Positions 60,001 through 64,000 of a stretch of 64,000 nucleotides of DNA are shown piece by piece. The stretch's first letter is position 1. Each line of letters starts with the position of its first letter. Under the pieces are notes generated by a model. That model was given only the letters and a program-made list of their open reading frames with translations, was not told the DNA's origin and made no database searches. This stretch comes from a virus, in the IMG/VR virus record IMGVR_UViG_3300036832_001373, positions 83,530 through 147,529 of that record, one strand, 5' to 3'. The translations under genes were made by a program, and so were the position numbers.

Positions 60001-60628
60001 GAGCCGCTATTGACTCTGTTCCATATTTCCTAAAACGTTGGGCTTTAGTCATGAACGTAGTTGAATCTATACCCGTATCTCCCCTACTGTGAAATTCTTT
60101 TGTTTTTGGATCGTAAAATCCTGAGTGTCTTAAAGGATGGTATTCTCCACGAGACTGAAGTTCGTTAAGTTCTGGTTCTATTTTGTGATAGGCTGCTACT
60201 TCTTCGTGAGTTTGACCTCGTTTTCCTCTATAGATCTGACCTGTGATAGGATGCTTGATAGCAGGTACGACACGATCTTCAACTTCCTTTGGTAATTTCT
60301 TTTGACCGAATGGCTCTTCAGTTGACTTAACGTAGAGATGGTAGTCTAAATCCCCAAAAGTTTTTCCATGATGGACTTCAGGATCTATACTAGAGTGATG
60401 AACCCAGTGATTAACATTTTCCCCATCTGGATGACTTAATTGCATAGTATGAGTTTCTTGGCTATTTCTAATGTGATAGGTACTTGATTTGGCGTCTTTA
60501 TGAGTTCTTCCATAGTCATATAGAGTAAGTAGTTCGTGATAGTTGTCGATATGATTGCTTTCTTCACCCTCGTGACCACTAACTTCTTTCTCTAGAAGTC
60601 GTTTTAGAATTTCCAAAACTACACTCAT
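59993..60628 (-). CDS. Putative head internal protein: YxxLLT domain plus PAxKHPxTG domain
   Basis: Leader MSVVLEILKRLLE; both recurrent domains present. Confidence 0.6.
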   Translation of the reverse strand: MSVVLEILKRLLEKEVSGHEGEESNHIDNYHELLTLYDYGRTHKDAKSSTYHIRNSQETHTMQLSHPDGENVNHWVHHSSIDPEVHHGKTFGDLDYHLYVKSTEEPFGQKKLPKEVEDRVVPAIKHPITGQIYRGKRGQTHEEVAAYHKIEPELNELQSRGEYHPLRHSGFYDPKTKEFHSRGDTGIDSTTFMTKAQRFRKYGTESIAAHG

Positions 60629-60658
60629 AAGGTAAGCTCCTCACTGCTAGCAGCTCTT

Positions 60659-60686
60659 TAGGGAAACTATCCTCTAGAACGTTAAC
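60659..60686 (+). promoter_or_regulatory. Phage promoter-like motif, copy 6
   Basis: TAGGGAAACTA-TCCTCTA-GAACGTTAAC, upstream of ORF 60712. Confidence 0.75.
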
Positions 60687-60711
60687 CTCTGTAAAAGAAA
60701 GGGTTTCTGCC

Positions 60712-60912
60712 ATGGACGTTAAGTATCCTGATATAGAAGTTCAGTTAACTGGTGAAGACGGAAATGCATTCTTCATAATTGGACGAGTATCCCAAGCTCT
60801 CCGTAGAGCAGGTATTCCTAGTTCTGAAATAGACGAGTTTAGAAAAATATGTATGTCCGGTGACTACGATAACGTACTACAAACTTGTATGAAGTGGGTA
60901 ACGTGTAACTAA
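60712..60912 (+). CDS. Conserved small phage protein
   Basis: L-x-G-x-DGNAF-x-I-x-G-x-V..AL..AG...SGDYD motif, recalled as widespread in phages. Confidence 0.7.
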   Translation: MDVKYPDIEVQLTGEDGNAFFIIGRVSQALRRAGIPSSEIDEFRKICMSGDYDNVLQTCMKWVTCN

Positions 60913-60923
60913 GAGGTAAGATA

Positions 60924-61439
60924 ATGCTAATAAATGGTATATACTATTATGTAATATATCACGCTGTAGGAGTAAAATGCGGGTGTACGGTGACCTACAG
61001 ATACAGAAAGAGTAGGTATAAGGAAGGGACCGTATTTGAAATCCTAGACTTGATACCTAGATCTCTAGGAGATAAGTTCGCTGGAGACATAGAGTGGTTT
61101 TATGCTGACTGGTACGGTTACCAAAGAGGACCTCATTACTCCAAAAGTAATTGGGGTCTTAGAATGACTCAAGAACAAAGAATCAGAGCTGGTTCTAAAG
61201 GAAGTGGTTCTAAAGGAGGAAAGAGAGCCGCTGAGTTAGGAAAAACTGGATTTATGACTATGTCTCAAGAAAGAAGAGGAGCTCTAGCTAAGAAGGGATC
61301 TGAAGTAGCTTGTGCTGGCCCTAACCATAATAGTAAACAAATTTTGACATGTACTATTTGTGGCCGCACCATGAAAGGTCTCCTTGCAATGGCATCTCAT
61401 ATGAGAGCTCATACTAAAAAGAGGTCATGTTTAAAATAA
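60924..61439 (+). CDS. Putative homing endonuclease, family member 7
   Basis: YVIYHAVGVKCGCT...KFAGDIEW...RGPHYS; AGPNH; CTICG. Confidence 0.6.
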   Translation: MLINGIYYYVIYHAVGVKCGCTVTYRYRKSRYKEGTVFEILDLIPRSLGDKFAGDIEWFYADWYGYQRGPHYSKSNWGLRMTQEQRIRAGSKGSGSKGGKRAAELGKTGFMTMSQERRGALAKKGSEVACAGPNHNSKQILTCTICGRTMKGLLAMASHMRAHTKKRSCLK

Positions 61440-61631
61440 CGAGATTTAGCGGAGAAGAGTGGTAAGAAACTGACTGAGTGGTCGGAAGATTTATTAGCTA
61501 TAGTTGCCCTAACTAACCGACATTTAAAATAACCCTGATTTTCGGCCAAGACCAGTGACAAACTGCATAAGGGATCCAGTGCCCCTTAGGAAAATTTTCC
61601 CCTGACTGAATTTATTTAGGAATATTTGGGC

Positions 61632-61710
61632 GCGGCGTTTTGCCGCGGGGAAAAAAGGCGTTTTGCCCCAAAAAAGCCGTCTTTTTTTGCGAAAAGAGTC
61701 TTGCCCGGGG
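61632..61710 (+). repeat. GC-rich / A-tract regulatory block, copy 1
   Basis: GCGGCGTTTTGCCGCGG...AAAAAGGCG....GCCCCAAAAAAG.CGTCTTTTTTTG, repeated at 62782-62890. Confidence 0.75.
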
Positions 61711-61787
61711 CGGAAAACCCGCCCTCCGGCCCGTCCGGCGCTTTTGCCGGGCGGTTTGGGGCCCTTGGCCCCGGAAAGCAAACTAAA

Positions 61788-62138
61788 ATGGCAAACGAAA
61801 CCAACACCACCGTCTCCGCCCGCGCCGCCCGTGTCGCCGGGTTCGTCTCCCAGCTCCGCGCTTTCGCCGCGGCCAACCCCGGAACCGCCTGGGATCTGCT
61901 CCCCGCCGACGACGCGGCTGTCGCGCTCTTGGTTGGCGCGGGGCGCCGCTGGAACCGGGTCGTCGATGGGGTCGGCGATAAGCTGCGGGTGCTGGCCGCC
62001 AACCCCGCTCTCGGGGTGGTCGGGGTTGCTCCGCTCGGGTTCGCGGCGCTGAAAGCCGCCCCGGAAAACCGGCCGGCCCCGGCGCTGGCCCTTCCCGCCC
62101 CGGGCGCGGTGGTTGAAAGCGGCTCGCTCGGGGGTTGA
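61788..62138 (+). CDS. GC-rich hypothetical protein, paralog of ORF 62979
   Basis: Start MANETN; F-x-x-QLR..AA.N.GT.WDLLP.DD...G.GR..NR...GVG.KL.VL shared with ORF 62979; followed by a terminator. Confidence 0.7.
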   Translation: MANETNTTVSARAARVAGFVSQLRAFAAANPGTAWDLLPADDAAVALLVGAGRRWNRVVDGVGDKLRVLAANPALGVVGVAPLGFAALKAAPENRPAPALALPAPGAVVESGSLGG

Positions 62139-62150
62139 TCCCCCGGCGGG

Positions 62151-62180
62151 GCGGGGCGCTTCGGCGCCCCGCTTTTTCTT
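62151..62180 (+). terminator. Rho-independent terminator (cUUCGg tetraloop)
   Basis: GCGGGGCGC-TTCG-GCGCCCCGC-TTTTT. Confidence 0.85.
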
Positions 62181-62316
62181 CCAGTTTTCTTCCAACCGTT
62201 CAAACCAACGTTCTCCCAATCGGCCTCCGATCGGGCGGACCAGCAACACGTCAATCGACTACAGAATCCACTATAGATCGAGGTATCAAACGTACCTCAG
62301 ATCGGAGGTGTCACGT

Positions 62317-62541
62317 ATGGTGAAATCGACTAAGACTAGAGATGAGCTCGAGAAAGAAGTTCTCGACCATCTCTTTCTCCCGAACGAAGGAGACCTTGAG
62401 CTTCTTCGGAAGATGGACATAGAAGAGCTAGAGGATGCTCTTAAGGAGAGCAAGAAGTTCTTCTTAGCAGTGAAGAAGAACGACCCAATCTTCTTCGAGA
62501 GATGGTCGAAGGAAGGAAGGGAGTGGCTTACTAGCCACTAA
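62317..62541 (+). CDS. Small acidic/helical hypothetical protein
   Basis: RBS GGAGGT before the ATG at 62317 (MVKSTK...). Confidence 0.6.
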   Translation: MVKSTKTRDELEKEVLDHLFLPNEGDLELLRKMDIEELEDALKESKKFFLAVKKNDPIFFERWSKEGREWLTSH

Positions 62542-62605
62542 GAAGTTGAACGCTACAGCGGCCCGTACACGCGCCTGAATTTTTGGGGCACAGGGGCCGC
62601 CTCTC

Positions 62606-62707
62606 TCTGGAAAAACGCTTCAGCGGCTTGAGGGAACGGTGTATCGACCGTTCTATAGGCTGTTGGCCTGGAGCGTTTTTCCAGACTTGATCAACGTTTG
62701 ATCAAGT
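62606..62707. other. Long inverted repeat with nested hairpin, plus adjacent palindrome
   Basis: TCTGGAAAAACGCTTCAG...CTGGAGCGTTTTTCCAGA enclosing GAACGGT/ACCGTTC, followed by ACTTGATCAA-CGT-TTGATCAAGT. Confidence 0.6.
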
Positions 62708-62781
62708 ACAGATCAACAATCGAGAAAGGAGGAGATCAAAGATCGATCAATCGAACTAGACTTTTGAACTAGTCTTCGTCT

Positions 62782-62890
62782 GCGGCGTCTTGCCGCGGCC
62801 GAAGAAGCTCAAAGAAGCTCAAAGAAGCTCTAAAAAGGCGCTTCGCCCCAAAAAAGGCGTCTTTTTTTGGCAAAACGCGTGTGCCCCGCG
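62782..62890 (+). repeat. GC-rich / A-tract regulatory block, copy 2 (with 3x AAGAAGCTC insertion)
   Basis: Aligns with 61632-61710. Confidence 0.75.
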
Positions 62891-62978
62891 GCCCGCGGCG
62901 GCAAAAGCCCCGGCAAAGCGGCCAACCGGCCGTCCCGGTTCGAAACCACACCCAAAACTACAGAAAGTGAAACAAAAC

Positions 62979-63524
62979 ATGGCACGTGCAGAATCTATGG
63001 TTGCTTTCATTGCCCAGCTCCGCACCCACGCGGCAATCAACCAAGGGACGGAATGGGACCTTCTTCCTCCTGACGATTCGATCGTCGCCGCTCTGATTGG
63101 GAACGGTCGTAAGATGAATCGGATCATCGAGGGAGTGGGACGCAAGTTGAGCGTCCTTCGTTCCCAAGGTGGAATCGAGAACGCCGATTGGTCGGTGCTC
63201 GCTGCGATGGGCTACGATGAGCTTCTGGCTCATCCAGCCAATCGGGAGGCTGCTGGTCTCGCTCAGATTGCCGACGCCAACGATCCAGTCGCGAAGTTGA
63301 TCGCGGCTGCTAAAGCTTCCGGTGACAACGTGGTAGCTCTTCCTCCTCCGGCTCCAATCGAAGCGTCGGTCGTTGATGCTCCGGTTGAAACTGCCTCGGT
63401 CGAATCGAAGACCGAGGAACCGACCGAAGAAGCTAAGGAGGAAGTGGTTGAGCTTCCTTCGATCTTCTCTGCGATCCGGGACCAAGTCGAAGAGACCGAG
63501 ACCAAGCGTCCTCGTCGTCGCTGA
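62979..63524 (+). CDS. Hypothetical protein, paralog of ORF 61788 with acidic tail
   Basis: Start MARAES; same A-rich pre-ATG context as ORF 61788; followed by a terminator. Confidence 0.7.
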   Translation: MARAESMVAFIAQLRTHAAINQGTEWDLLPPDDSIVAALIGNGRKMNRIIEGVGRKLSVLRSQGGIENADWSVLAAMGYDELLAHPANREAAGLAQIADANDPVAKLIAAAKASGDNVVALPPPAPIEASVVDAPVETASVESKTEEPTEEAKEEVVELPSIFSAIRDQVEETETKRPRRR

Positions 63525-63535
63525 TCCAAGTTGGT

Positions 63536-63560
63536 GGTGGGGCTTCGGCCCCACCTCTTT
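63536..63560 (+). terminator. Terminator-like hairpin (cUUCGg)
   Basis: GGTGGGGC-TTCG-GCCCCACC-TCTTT. Confidence 0.75.
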
Positions 63561-63587
63561 CCTTCAAACTTAAAATGGAGAACCGAA

Positions 63588-63782
63588 ATGGACAACTTGA
63601 AATTGATCTTGAACGGTCGTGAACCTCTTGTCTCCTACGACAATGAGTTCAACGGAGTTCGTTACTTCCACATACGACGTATGTGGAAAGACAAAACAGG
63701 TCGACACTTTCCAGGCAAACAAGGAATCTCAGTTCCTATGTCAGAGAAGGAATCGTTGATCGAAGCGTTGAAGTCGTTGTAA
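63588..63782 (+). CDS. PC4/YdbC-like ssDNA-binding protein
   Basis: EFNG-x-RYFHIR...D..G...PGKQGIS matches the PC4 core; RBS GGAG. Confidence 0.75.
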   Translation: MDNLKLILNGREPLVSYDNEFNGVRYFHIRRMWKDKTGRHFPGKQGISVPMSEKESLIEALKSL

Positions 63783-64000
63783 AATCCAACCACTTCAACC
63801 AAAAGTGGTTGCCTATGCCATCCAGCCCTGTCTGGATGGCGTTTTAAATAGTTATTGGTTGAATTTGCCGTGTTAGTTGGAAATTCTGCTCTTTTAGGGC
63901 TAATTTCCAACTAACAAGGAGATTTCCAACGAGTATTGCCCTGGAGGCCCCTGGATATAGAGTTTCAAGAGGTTATTGGTTGGATTAGCCTAGGAAAAAG

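Noticed and set aside
61524-63595. Multiple long overlapping ORFs and upstream extensions (61524-, 61616-, 61626+, 61663+, 62790+, 62958-)
   Set aside because: Stop-codon scarcity in GC-rich DNA. Only the mutually homologous frames from 61788 and 62979, followed by terminators, are supported.
1-64000. Stop-codon reassignment suggested by TAG abundance
   Set aside because: Conserved genes (portal, sheath, MCP) are full length in the standard code and several end in TAG; the only breaks are explained by introns.

Overview
The window is the virion-morphogenesis region of a large contractile-tailed dsDNA phage distantly related to the T4 superfamily. It is roughly 40% GC by eye. An alphaproteobacterial (Rhizobiales-like) host is inferred from the accessory genes only. 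Almost all genes from 1 to about 60.6 kb are on the minus strand. In order these are: a tape-measure/lysin-like protein running off the left edge, hub/tube/sheath genes, a block of collagen-like fibres and two paralogous beta-helix tailspikes, neck proteins, a glycosyltransferase and methyltransferase, major capsid, protease-scaffold, portal, endolysin and many small ORFs. At about 61.6 kb the sequence turns abruptly GC-rich and switches to the plus strand, with a duplicated regulatory-block-plus-gene cassette. Structure not visible in the ORF track: (i) ORF-less group I introns in the tail sheath (9311-9578) and major capsid (36388-36654) genes, each beside a free-standing endonuclease; (ii) about 17 unrelated small proteins sharing an N-terminal amphipathic leader ending in L/I-x-E/D, resembling a T4-type capsid-targeting, prohead-protease-cleaved signal, and built from a shuffled set of recurrent domains, one of them an ADP-ribosyltransferase-like domain flanked by 21-bp direct repeats; (iii) seven dispersed, related modular homing-endonuclease-like genes; (iv) a six-copy 28-bp promoter-like motif; (v) four double-hairpin intergenic elements. 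All family assignments are by motif recognition; no database search was run.
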